Shown here: one piece after another, positions 23,370 to 32,000 of the stretch | Layout of the letters: every line of letters starts with the position of its first letter | Numbering within the stretch: position 1 is the stretch's first letter | Assembly: GCF_018389705.1 (NCBI RefSeq) | Contig: NZ_CP065581.1 | Span: forward strand, 630,001 to 662,000 | Length of the DNA: 32,000 nucleotides | Reading direction: 5' to 3' | From: Mycoplasma mycoides subsp. capri | GTDB taxonomy: Bacteria > Bacillota_I > Bacilli_A > Mycoplasmatales > Mycoplasmataceae | Made by a program: the position numbers and the translations under genes | The notes under the pieces: model-generated | Seen by the model: only the letters and a program-made list of their open reading frames with translations | Told to the model about the DNA's origin: nothing | Databases searched by the model: none

Positions 23370-24120
23370 TCACCTCTAGTTGTTGAGCAATTAAGTTTTC
23401 ATTTTCAATTACTTCTTTTCTTAAAGATATATAGATTTGATCATCTATACTATCAATTACTAAAATTTGATATCTCACTAAATCTAAAACTGCTAAAAAT
23501 ATCACAACAAAGTTTTTTAAATTTAGTTCTAAGATTTCTAGTAATTCTTCTAGTTTTCATTCTTTAAGTTTTTGAGAAGTTATTTTATTAACTACATCTA
23601 AAATCACTTCATGAACTGTTAGACTTGGAGTAGTTAAAGTTTGATAAATTTCAGTTTCTAAATCAAAATCAGCTTGGTATTTAAAAGCATTTGAATTAGT
23701 AATTACACTATAAAAAATTTCAGTTAATTTGTCTAAATCTAAATCATTTAAATCAATTAAAGGATCTGGATTTTCAAAAACTAAATCTTTTTTAAAGTTT
23801 TGTTTTGATCTTTTTTTTGAAAAAGTTTGTAAATAAGCTTCTTGAGCATTAAAAAGTCTGTCAGAAATTTCTTTAATTTGGTTATATTGACTAATTTGAT
23901 AAACTAAATCATCATAATCAACTACTTGTTCTTGATCTACTTGTTGATCTTTAAATAATAAATGTCGAGATTTTAATTCAATTAGTTGTGATGCAATAAT
24001 TAAATATTCACTAGCAATTTCAATATCTAGTTGTTGATTTTGTTTAATATATGCTAGATATTGATCAACAATTTCTATTAAACTTAGTTCAATAATATCT
24101 AGTTTTTTTTCTTTAATCAT
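23347..24120 (-). CDS. scpA: Segregation and condensation protein A
   Basis: 'LDIIELSLIEIVDQYLAYI...LEIASEYLIIASQLIELKSRHLL'. Reading through the TGA extends the frame to a TAG at 23347, overlapping the scpB start. Confidence 0.92.
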
Positions 24121-24192
24121 TAATCACAATAATTCAATTGGACCTGAAAATTGGTCAATTGTTAATTCTTGTCAGTGTTTCATATTAGCTTT

Positions 24193-24954
24193 CTATAAGT
24201 TAGTTGAATTGATTTCAAGTAATTTATTAATCTCATAATTTGTTTTAAAATCTAAAGTAATTTGAATAAAAATCCTACAAATAATTATAAATAAACACTC
24301 TAATTCAAATACTAAATTTACTAAATAATCTGAATTATCTAAATTAGTTTTTATTTCTAATAAGTGGTTAAAAATTCAAGAGTGTTTTACAAGTTTAAAA
24401 AACTGTTCACTTCTATATTGAGTCCCTCTTGTTTTAAAAAAAGCATAACTTAAATTAGTAAAATCATTTATAAAACTAGAGCGCTTAAACTCATTTAAAT
24501 TTGGTTTTAAATTATATTTTAAATTTAAGTAATTAATTTTTTTAATTAGTTTATTAAATATAGAAAATACATATAAATACATACTAGTTAAACTATGTAA
24601 CTCACTATTTTCTAATAAATAATTCTTTTTAGGATCATCATAAAATTGATGATCTAAACTTTGTTTTATATAAAATAATAAAACTGGATTTAATTTATTA
24701 AAAATATCAAAATTAAAAAAAGCATTTCTTGTAAATAAAATTGCTAGTAAAGTTTTTAATAAATATAACAAATAATAAAACTGATCATTTTGATTGATTA
24801 AATCATCTTTTAAATTCTTTTTTAATAACACATCATCAATCACGTTTGTTAAATAAATACAAATATCAAATAACTGGTCTTGAGAAAGTTCTTTTTTTCT
24901 ACTCATTTTAATTAGTTCATTTAATTTAGTAGTAATTAATTCATATTCAGTCAT
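24193..24954 (-). CDS. Hypothetical protein upstream of scpAB
   Basis: 253-aa frame with TGA=Trp. No recognised domain. Confidence 0.75.
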
Positions 24955-24971
24955 ATTAAACTCTTTTCTTT

Positions 24972-26471
24972 TTATTCTCTAATTAATCTAGTAATCATTT
25001 TTGATTGAATATCTGATTTAGCTAAACTTGTCATTTTTAATTTAATTTGTTTTAAATCCATATATTCAGCAATAATATAGTTTGCAGTTCATATAAATGT
25101 TGTTAGATAAATTCCTAATAAACAAAAAATTAATATACAGCAAATATAATAAACTTCAGTAATTTTTTTAATAAATAAATAGTTTTTATCTAAATCAGTA
25201 TTATTAATTACTTCAAATACTGATTTAAATATACTAAATAAACCAATATTATTAACTTTACAAATACTAATTACTAAATATCAAACTGATAAAGTTAAAA
25301 ATGTAACTGTTAAAAAAGTAGATAAAACAGAAACTTTAGTACTTCTATAATCTCACATTAAAGCAATGCCAAATCATAAATAAAACATTACAAAGAAAAA
25401 TAAACCAAACACTCACATCATTATTGTTAGTAAATAAATATTATGAATAAAAGTAATTAGAATTACTCCAAACATCGTTAGACTAGTTAGAATAGAAATT
25501 GATTTAACAATTCCAATCACTTTAATAACTAGTTTATAAAATAAATAACCTAATAATAATTGTCCTAAAACAAAACTTAATCTAAATGATTGTAAGTAAT
25601 TTCAGACATTTAAATTAGTATATGATTGTTGTTTTAATTTACTTACTAAAAATAGTTCAAAAATATCTGATTTAATAATTACATTAACACTTGTAATTAA
25701 AAAACTCATCACAATTAAACCAATTAAAACTTTATAATCATATCTTTGTAATTGTTCAACTATATCTTCTTTATATTTAATAACTTTGATTTTTCTTTCT
25801 TTTACAAATATAGAAACTACTAAACAAATAATTAAACAAACTAAACTTAAACTAAAAATTATTCAATTTGTATAACTATTATGATTAGAAATTAGATTTA
25901 AGTTTAATAAACTATAAACTTCATAACTAATAAAAGTTGCAAAACTTATAACAAATCCAGCTTTTATACTACTAAAAACTGGAAATAATCTTTCATTAAA
26001 CTGTTCATTAAAAAATAAAAAGTAAATAATTTGAGCTGAAATGCCTACTGCTAAAAATAAACTAATAAAAATAATACTTGTTATATTTACATTACTTAAA
26101 AAAGCAATCATTACACTTAAAAAACAGCTAAATAAACTAATTCAAATTCAAATTCTTCTACTTTGTAATTTTAAAGTTAGTCATAATGCAAATGGATTCA
26201 GAATCGTTGCGTATAAAAAATAACTACTTAAAAAAAGTAAAATAGTTAAAGTAGAACTTGAAAATGTTTTTAAAATTGGTGAATCAATATAATTTGTAAT
26301 TATTTGAATTAAAAAATTAATTACAATTCAAAAACTACTAATTTCTAAATAAAATAATCCTTTTTGTTTAGAAATGCTATTTTTATAAAATAAATAACTA
26401 GCAACAATTAATCAAATCACTATTAATAAAGGATTTATTATATATAAATCTCAACTAAACAACTTATTCAC
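24972..26471 (-). CDS. Polytopic membrane protein, possibly MFS-like
   Basis: ~500-aa frame with TGA=Trp, probable GTG start, about 12 hydrophobic segments ('MIAFLSNVNITSIIFISLFLAVGISAQIIYFLFF' etc.). Confidence 0.65.
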
Positions 26472-26754
26472 CACTTCTCTAATTAACTATTTATATTATA
26501 AATAAAAGCATATAAATAAAAGTTAAAATTAGTTATAAAACTCAGTTTATAGTCATAAAATTTAGCTATTTGCTTTTAATTAATAATTATAGTTTAAAGT
26601 TTAGAAATTAAAATTCTAATTTAGATTTAATAACTATACAAAATGTAAAAAAGTTTTATTTAGAAGATTATTAAAAATGAAAATGAGTAAATAATAAATA
26701 ACCATTCTTAGTCAGATTACTTGAAATATTAAAATCAGTATGGTATGTTAATAA

Positions 26755-26873
26755 TATAAATATTTTATATTTATACGTTGATTGCGAAGAAGGTTCACTG
26801 AACGAAGGCTTCCGGCGGTGAAGCCAGAAATAAATAGAACCAAAAATAGAACTCCTTTTAGGGTTCTTTTTTT
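26755..26873 (+). ncRNA. Structured RNA unit E1 (class A), upstream of toxin-like ORF A
   Basis: Inverted repeat TATAAATAT-TTT-ATATTTATA, core with GGTTC/GAACC and GGCTTC-CGGCGGT-GAAGCC stems, terminator AGAACTCC-TTTTA-GGGTTCTTTTTTT. Confidence 0.72.
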
Positions 26874-26926
26874 ATATATAATTAGTATCTAATTAGAAAG
26901 ATAAACTAAGATTTATTAGTAGTTTA

Positions 26927-27655
26927 ATGTTTGGTACAGTATTTAGATTTAGAAATTTAGATAATACATTACCAATAACAAGAGATAGATATTTTGAACC
27001 TATAGATACCAGTGGTAAAAAACTTCACCGTCCTTATGTTGTTTTTTATTCTGATGATAAGGTTTATTATTTATCTGTTAAAACATTAAAAAAAAAAGAA
27101 AATGAAGCTTCTGTTTATAGAAACCAAGATACTAATGTAATCTTATTAAATAAAACTGTTTATTATGAACCAGTTAAAGGTGAAGCTCTTGGTAATGTAA
27201 TAGATTGTTCATCTGTAAATATAATGGATAGAAAATTATTTGAACAATTATTTGAAAAAGACAGTTTTAAAAATAATTACCAACTAGCTCCTTGAATTTA
27301 TGATCAAGTAATGAACAAACTTTATGAAAATAAAAATAATTTAGTCTTCCATGAAGTAACTGGTTTTAATGACAACAAGGTTGAATGAATGATTGATAAA
27401 ACAAAAACTGAGCAGGGTCGTTTAGAGTATGAAAAATGACGAACAAGAGTTGAAAAAGTAATCACAACTGTAATAGAAATTTATCATTCAATTTCAAGAG
27501 ATGATATAGAAAAAAGATTAAACAATCAAGAAGAATACGTTAAATTTATTAGTCCAATCTATTATGATGAATTAGAATACGTTTATAAATCTTTTGAAAT
27601 AGATGATAAATGAGAAGAATATCAAAAAAGTAATTCTAATAAGCATAAGATGTAA
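26927..27655 (+). CDS. Toxin-like protein A (candidate MazF/ToxN-fold, type III TA toxin-like)
   Basis: 242 aa (TGA=Trp) 'MFGTVFRFRNLDNTLPITRDRYFEPIDTSGKKLHRPYVVFYSDDKVYYLSVKTLKKK...GNVIDCSSVNIMDRKLFEQLF'. Fold assignment is by motif resemblance only. Confidence 0.5.
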
Positions 27656-27796
27656 TTAAGATTATAGGGGTTCTTTTTTTTATACTTATTGGGTATCGCT
27701 TCCTAATATATACTAAGTAAATGTAAAATATAAATATATAAAATAGTTTGCTTGCTATTAATTACAACATCAAAAATTATTATGATATAGTTAAAG

Positions 27797-27917
27797 TATA
27801 AATATTTTATATTTATAAGATTGGTGGTTGTAGTTCTTCCGGCCCTGTCTACCATTTGAGATGACGAAATTGAGAATAGAACTAAGTTAGAACTCTCTTA
27901 AAGGAGTTCTTTTTTTA
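27797..27917 (+). ncRNA. Structured RNA unit E2 (class B), upstream of toxin-like ORF B
   Basis: Same inverted repeat. Core TGGTGG...TAGTTCT...CTACCA...AGAACTA (interleaved helices), terminator AGAACTC-TCTTAAAAG-GAGTTCTTTTTTT. Confidence 0.72.
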
Positions 27918-27958
27918 TATAATTTAGTTATATATCTTAAAAAAATAGTAGGTATCAA

Positions 27959-28897
27959 ATGGGTATAGAAGCAGGTAAAATCTATAAAAATCGAAACCAA
28001 GAATATAATTTTTTTATAGCAAAAGATAAAGATGATGAAGTAATTAAAGGTCATGGTATAAATAGACCATTTATTATATTTTATAGTGATGATAAAGTTT
28101 ATTACTTATCTGCTAAAAGTATTAGTAAAAAGAATAGAAAAAAAACTTTAGCTGATAAGTTTAATGTTGTTTTTAAAACAGATCTATATGGAGAAGATAA
28201 AGAAGTAGCTATAAATTGTTCAGTTATAAATATAATGGATAGAAAATTATTTGAAAGTTTATATGTTAAAGATGATGATATGAACAATTTTCAAACTACT
28301 CCATGACACTATGATAAGATAATGGGAACTTTATATAGATATTTTGATGAAATAACATATGCTGAAGCTTCACATATTGATAATGATACGCAACAATTAG
28401 TGTGAAAATCTACTTTAGAATCTAAATTAAATAAATTAGATTGTTTAAAAGTAATCAAAGGGTATAACTATCTTTTATTTGAAAGTGATATATCAAGAAA
28501 AGAGTTGCTAGATAATCCTGATAAATTTTTTAGTTTAGTTACAAGCTTTTATGAAAGAGTTAAATTTGAAACTCAAGAAGATTTTGATGAATATGTTATT
28601 ACACACCAAGAAATGGAATCTATCAAATATGAAGTGCACATTAAAAATGCAATTAAAGAACTAAAACAAAATCTAGAAAAAGAAAAAGAACAACATAAAC
28701 TATTAGAACAAGAGATAGATGTTGTTAAAAAACTAAATTATAAAAATAGTAAAATACAAGAGATGAACCAAGAGCTTAAAGATTGAGAAGAATTAGTTGA
28801 AATATCATCACATAAAACAAATAAAACTAATTCTGATAAAAAAACTGATGAACCAGATAAACCTAAGCAAAATCAATCTAGCAAGCTTAAAATGTAA
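27959..28897 (+). CDS. Toxin-like protein B (divergent member with C-terminal coiled coil)
   Basis: 312 aa (TGA=Trp) 'MGIEAGKIYKNRNQEYNFFIAKDKDDEVIKGHGINRPFIIFYSDDKVYYLSAKSISKK...KEVAINCSVINIMDRKLFESLY', then 'LKQNLEKEKEQHKLLEQEIDVVKKL'. Confidence 0.5.
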
Positions 28898-28952
28898 TTA
28901 AAACTATAATATCTTACTATATATTAAGTAAGTAATAAAGATATAATAAAGA

Positions 28953-29070
28953 TATAAATATTTTATATTTATAGGTTGAGCGGTAGCAAGTTCATCTAAA
29001 CCGTGACTTCCGGCGGTGAAGTCTAAATAATTTGAACTAAAAATAGAACTCCTTTTAGGGGTTATTTTTT
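28953..29070 (+). ncRNA. Structured RNA unit E3 (class A), orphan
   Basis: Inverted repeat, GCGGT/ACCGT, AGTTCA/TGAACT and GACTTC-CGGCGGT-GAAGTC stems, weaker terminator AGAACTCC-TTTTA-GGGGTTATTTTTT. Confidence 0.7.
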
Positions 29071-29188
29071 ATACTTAATATATACTAAGTAAGTATAAAA
29101 TATATTATAAAATATGAACTTTATGCATATTAAATAATTTATTTTGATGTTATTTTCAAATACAAAAATTAATATGATATAGTTAAAG

Positions 29189-29307
29189 TATAAATATTTT
29201 ATATTTATACATTGAGCGGCAGTGGGTTCATCTGGTCATGGCGTCCGGAAGTGATGCCGAAAATAATTGAACTAAAAATAGAACTCCTTTTAGGGGGTTC
29301 TTTTTTT
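29189..29307 (+). ncRNA. Structured RNA unit E4 (class A variant), upstream of toxin-like ORF C
   Basis: Inverted repeat, GGTTCA/TGAACT and GGCGTC-CGGAAGT-GATGCC stems, terminator AGAACTCCTTTTAGGGGGTTCTTTTTTT. Confidence 0.72.
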
Positions 29308-29345
29308 GTATAATCAATATGTAATAGAAAGATAAACTAAGATTT

Positions 29346-30092
29346 ATGAATAGTGGAATGTACGGTAAAGTGTTTAGATTTAGAAATTTAGATAATACAT
29401 TACCAATAGCAAGAGATAGTCTTTTTAAAAATATACCAACTGATAATAGTAAACTTCACCGTCCTTATGTTGTTTTTTATTCTGATGATAAAGTTTATTT
29501 TTTAAATGTTAAAACACTAAAAGAAAAAAATAAAAATAATGTTGATAAGTACATAGATACTAATGTAATCTTATTAAATAAAACTATTTATAATCAACCA
29601 ATTAAAGGTGAAGCTCTGGGTAATGTAATAGATTGTTCAGTCGTAAATATAATGAATAGAAAATTATTTGAACAACTTTACCAAGAAGATGAGTATTATA
29701 ATAACTATCAATTAGCTCCTTGAATTTATGATCAAGTAATGAATAAACTTTATGAGAATAAAGATAATTTGATAGTTCATCAACTCAAAGCTTTTGATTT
29801 TGAAAATAATAAAACTCTTTGATATGAAACTACAAAATCTAATGACAAGCAAAATTCAACTGATAACAATAAGTGATTAGCTAGAGCTAAAAAAGTAATC
29901 ACAACTGTAATAGAAACTTATCATTCAATTTCAAGAGATGAAATAGAAAAAAGATTAAATAATCAAGAAGAATACATTAAATACATTAGTCCAATCTATT
30001 ATAACGAATTAGAATACGTTTATAATTCTTTTGAAATAGATGATAAATGAGAAGAATATCAAAAAAGTAATTCTAATAAACATAAGATGTAA
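29346..30092 (+). CDS. Toxin-like protein C (paralogue of A)
   Basis: 248 aa (TGA=Trp) 'MNSGMYGKVFRFRNLDNTLPIARDSLFKNIPTDNSKLHRPYVVFYSDDKVYFLNVKTL...GNVIDCSVVNIMNRKLFEQLY'. Near-identical C-terminus to protein A. Confidence 0.5.
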
Positions 30093-30234
30093 TTAAGACT
30101 ATAATATAGTCTTTTTTTTATACTTAATATATACTAAGTAAGTATAAAATATTATAAACATATAAACTTTATGCATATTAAATAATTATTTTGATATTAA
30201 TTGCAATACCAAAATTATTATGATATATTTAAAG

Positions 30235-30353
30235 TATAAATATTTTATATTTATACGTTGAGTGGCAGTGAGTTCATCTGGTCATGGCGGACGATTGGTG
30301 AAGCCGAAAATAATTGAACTAAAAATAGAACTCCTTTTAGGGGTTCTTTTTTT
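30235..30353 (+). ncRNA. Structured RNA unit E5 (class A variant, decayed inner hairpin)
   Basis: Inverted repeat, AGTTCA/TGAACT stem, GTGGC/GTCAT helix. Inner hairpin reduced to GGC/GCC. Terminator AGAACTCCTTTTAGGGGTTCTTTTTTT. Confidence 0.68.
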
Positions 30354-30468
30354 ATACTTAATATATACTAAGTAAATATAAAATATAAGAATAATATAAA
30401 CTTTATACATATTAAATAGTTTTCTTGCTATTAGTTGCAATACCAAAATTATTATGATATAGTTAAAC

Positions 30469-30588
30469 TATAAATATTTTATATTTATGATATCGGTGGT
30501 TATAGTTCTTCCGGCCATGTCTACCATTTGAGATGACGAAATTGAGAATAGAACTAAGTTAGAACTCTCTTAGAAGAGTTCTTTTTTT
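30469..30588 (+). ncRNA. Structured RNA unit E6 (class B), orphan
   Basis: Promoter TTGCAA-N17-TATAGT (30435..30463), inverted repeat, GGTGG/CTACC and TAGTTCT/AGAACTA helices, terminator AGAACTCTCTTAGAAGAGTTCTTTTTTT. Confidence 0.7.
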
Positions 30589-30701
30589 ATACTTAATATA
30601 TACTAAGTAAATATAAAATATATTAGAACGTATAAACTTTGTATATGTATTAAGTATTTTTTTATTTTTGCAAGTCCAGAATTAATATGATATAGTTAAA
30701 G

Positions 30702-30820
30702 TATAAATATTTTATATTTATAAGTTGAGCGGTAGCAAGTTCATCTAAACCGTGACTTCCGGCGGTGAAGTCTAAATAATTTGAACTAAAAATAGAACTC
30801 CTTTTGAGAGTTCTTTTTTT
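30702..30820 (+). ncRNA. Structured RNA unit E7 (class A), orphan
   Basis: Core identical to E3. Terminator AGAACTC-CTTTTGA-GAGTTCTTTTTTT. Confidence 0.7.
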
Positions 30821-30937
30821 ATACTTAATACGTACTAACTAACTTTAAAATATATTAGAAAAATTAAATTTTATCTATATTAAATAGTTTGCTTGTTATT
30901 TATTTAAAATAATATTAAAAATAAATTAAAGATTATG

Positions 30938-31462
30938 ATGAATAAAATTATAAAACAACCAGTTTATAATACTAATCAAACTGAATGCTTAGAAATTGGA
31001 TATGAATGATATGATAATCAAATATCAATTATTCCATTTCCTCATACTATTAAAAAAGTTCCAAGAGTTTTACCAACTCAAATTACTAGTTTAGAAAATG
31101 CCTTTATTTATAATCAAAATGAATTTATTGATGGAATAGAGTACTGAGATACATCAAATATAACTAATATGTATTCTATGTTTTATGAAGCTAATAATTT
31201 TAATCAAAATATTAGCATGTGAGATGTAAGTAATGTTGTTGATATGAGTTATATGTTTTGTTGAGCTTATAAATTTAATCAAGACATTTCAAATTGAAAT
31301 GTAAGTAATGTTAAATATATGAATGATATGTTTTATTGTGCTAATAATTTTAATCAAAATATTTCTAAATGAAATGTAAGTAATGTAAAAAAGGATTATC
31401 AAAATATTGGTAGTGGTGGGTTTAATTGAAAAGATGAGTTTAAACCTAAGTTTAATAAATAG
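30938..31462 (+). CDS. DUF285/BspA-type repeat protein (PARCEL-like repeats)
   Basis: 174 aa (TGA=Trp) with repeats 'NFNQNISMWDVSNVVDMSYMFCWAYKFNQDISNWNVSNVKYMNDMFYCANNFNQNISKWNVSNVK'. No signal peptide. An overlapping ATG is at 30935. Confidence 0.85.
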
Positions 31463-31480
31463 AATTAATAACAAGATATA

Positions 31481-31507
31481 AAAGCAGTCTTAGACTGCTT
31501 TTTTTGT
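31481..31507 (+). terminator. Intrinsic terminator
   Basis: AAAGCAGTCTTAGACTGCTTTTTTT. Confidence 0.8.
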
Positions 31508-31630
31508 TAAATGTTTTTTTAAAAAAATAATCATTTTTAAATAATAAAATAAGTGTTTATGAATAAAAACAAACTTATTAAAAAAGTAAAATTATAGTAA
31601 TAAAAGGTATTTAAAATATAGAAAGACATT

Positions 31631-32000
31631 ATGAAAAAACTATTATTTATACTTCCAATAACTTTAATACCACTATTAACTATTACTAGTTGTTCAACTA
31701 ATTTTCAATTACCAGAATCTAATAAAAAATATGATAAAAATAATATTAAAAAAGAAATAAAGAATTTTACTTATAATGGTATTACATATAACTTAATTAA
31801 AGAAGATAATATTGATCCAGAAAATGTTTATTATGCTAATGAAGTATTAGAAAATGACGCAAAACAATTTAAATCATATATTCCTGATTATAAAAAATAC
31901 TTTTATAACCAAGTAGATAATAAACTAAAACTTGCCACTCCTGATTTAGGCGCATCTTGATTTGATTTTCCAACTATTGCTAAACTTAGTCAATTTGTCA
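31631..32000 (+). CDS. Lipoprotein, partial (runs off the window)
   Basis: 'MKKLLFILPITLIPLLTITSCSTN' lipobox. Reading continues through TGA at 31961 ('GASWFDFPTIAKLSQFV') with no stop by 32000. Confidence 0.85.

Larger units (their letters stand above)
30121..30821 (+). repeat. Tandem ~234-bp repeat (three copies) each carrying one RNA unit
   Basis: Copies start at the TACTTAATATATACTAAGTA motifs near 30121, 30355 and 30590. The inverted repeats lie at 30235, 30469 and 30702 (spacing 234 and 233 bp). Confidence 0.75.

Noticed and set aside
20776-23567. Plus-strand ORFs 20776..21036 and 23352..23567
   Set aside because: Antisense to yebC and scpA respectively. No start context or recognisable protein.
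26776-29045. tRNA-like element, because 'GAGCGGTAGCAAGTTCATC' looks like D-loop/T-loop fragments
   Set aside because: No acceptor stem, anticodon arm or CCA-compatible 3' end. Each unit instead ends in a T-run terminator.
28953-30820. Regular repeats considered as a CRISPR array
   Set aside because: Repeat units are ~234 bp with internal promoters, structured cores and terminators. There are no short direct repeats with unique ~30-bp spacers and no cas genes.
26500-31000. Insertion sequence or integrative element
   Set aside because: No transposase, recombinase or terminal inverted repeats were found bounding the region. The inverted repeat present is internal to each RNA unit.
28102-31474. 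Minus-strand ORFs 28102..28287 and 31289..31474
   Set aside because: Antisense to ORF B and the DUF285 gene. The latter is a mirror of the DUF285 repeats.

Overview
This is a 32 kb window from a Mycoplasma of the mycoides/capricolum type. The evidence is very low GC, TGA read as Trp in most genes, and 'MKKLLT(I/L)LG..AC' lipoproteins. The minus strand from 0 to 26.5 kb is mostly ordinary: HU, gpsA, der, cmk, an ECF-like His-rich membrane protein, lipoproteins, a large ABC ATPase/coiled-coil/permease fusion, an ascorbate-type PTS (IIC-IIB fusion plus IIA), yebC, a deoxynucleoside kinase, an rluB-like gene, scpB, scpA and a polytopic membrane protein. ppa is on the plus strand. Two small lipoprotein genes at 17.7-19.3 kb have TA-rich, Vmc-like promoters. 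The most unusual region is 26.7-31.0 kb on the plus strand. It holds seven copies of a ~120-nt unit. Each unit has a conserved upstream block (a sigma-70-like promoter in most copies), a perfect 9-bp inverted repeat, a relatively GC-rich RNA core and an intrinsic terminator. The cores have compensatory base changes and most can form an H-type pseudoknot. Three units sit directly upstream of ORFs with an '(H/N)RP(Y/F)(V/I)(V/I)FYSDDKVYYLS.K' N-terminal domain that resembles MazF/ToxN-type toxins. The other units lie in ~234-bp tandem repeats. I propose a candidate type III (RNA-antitoxin/protein-toxin)-like module family. The homology calls come from pattern recognition only and no database was searched. 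A relationship to known Mycoplasma small RNAs (for example the MCS4 family) must be excluded before claiming novelty.
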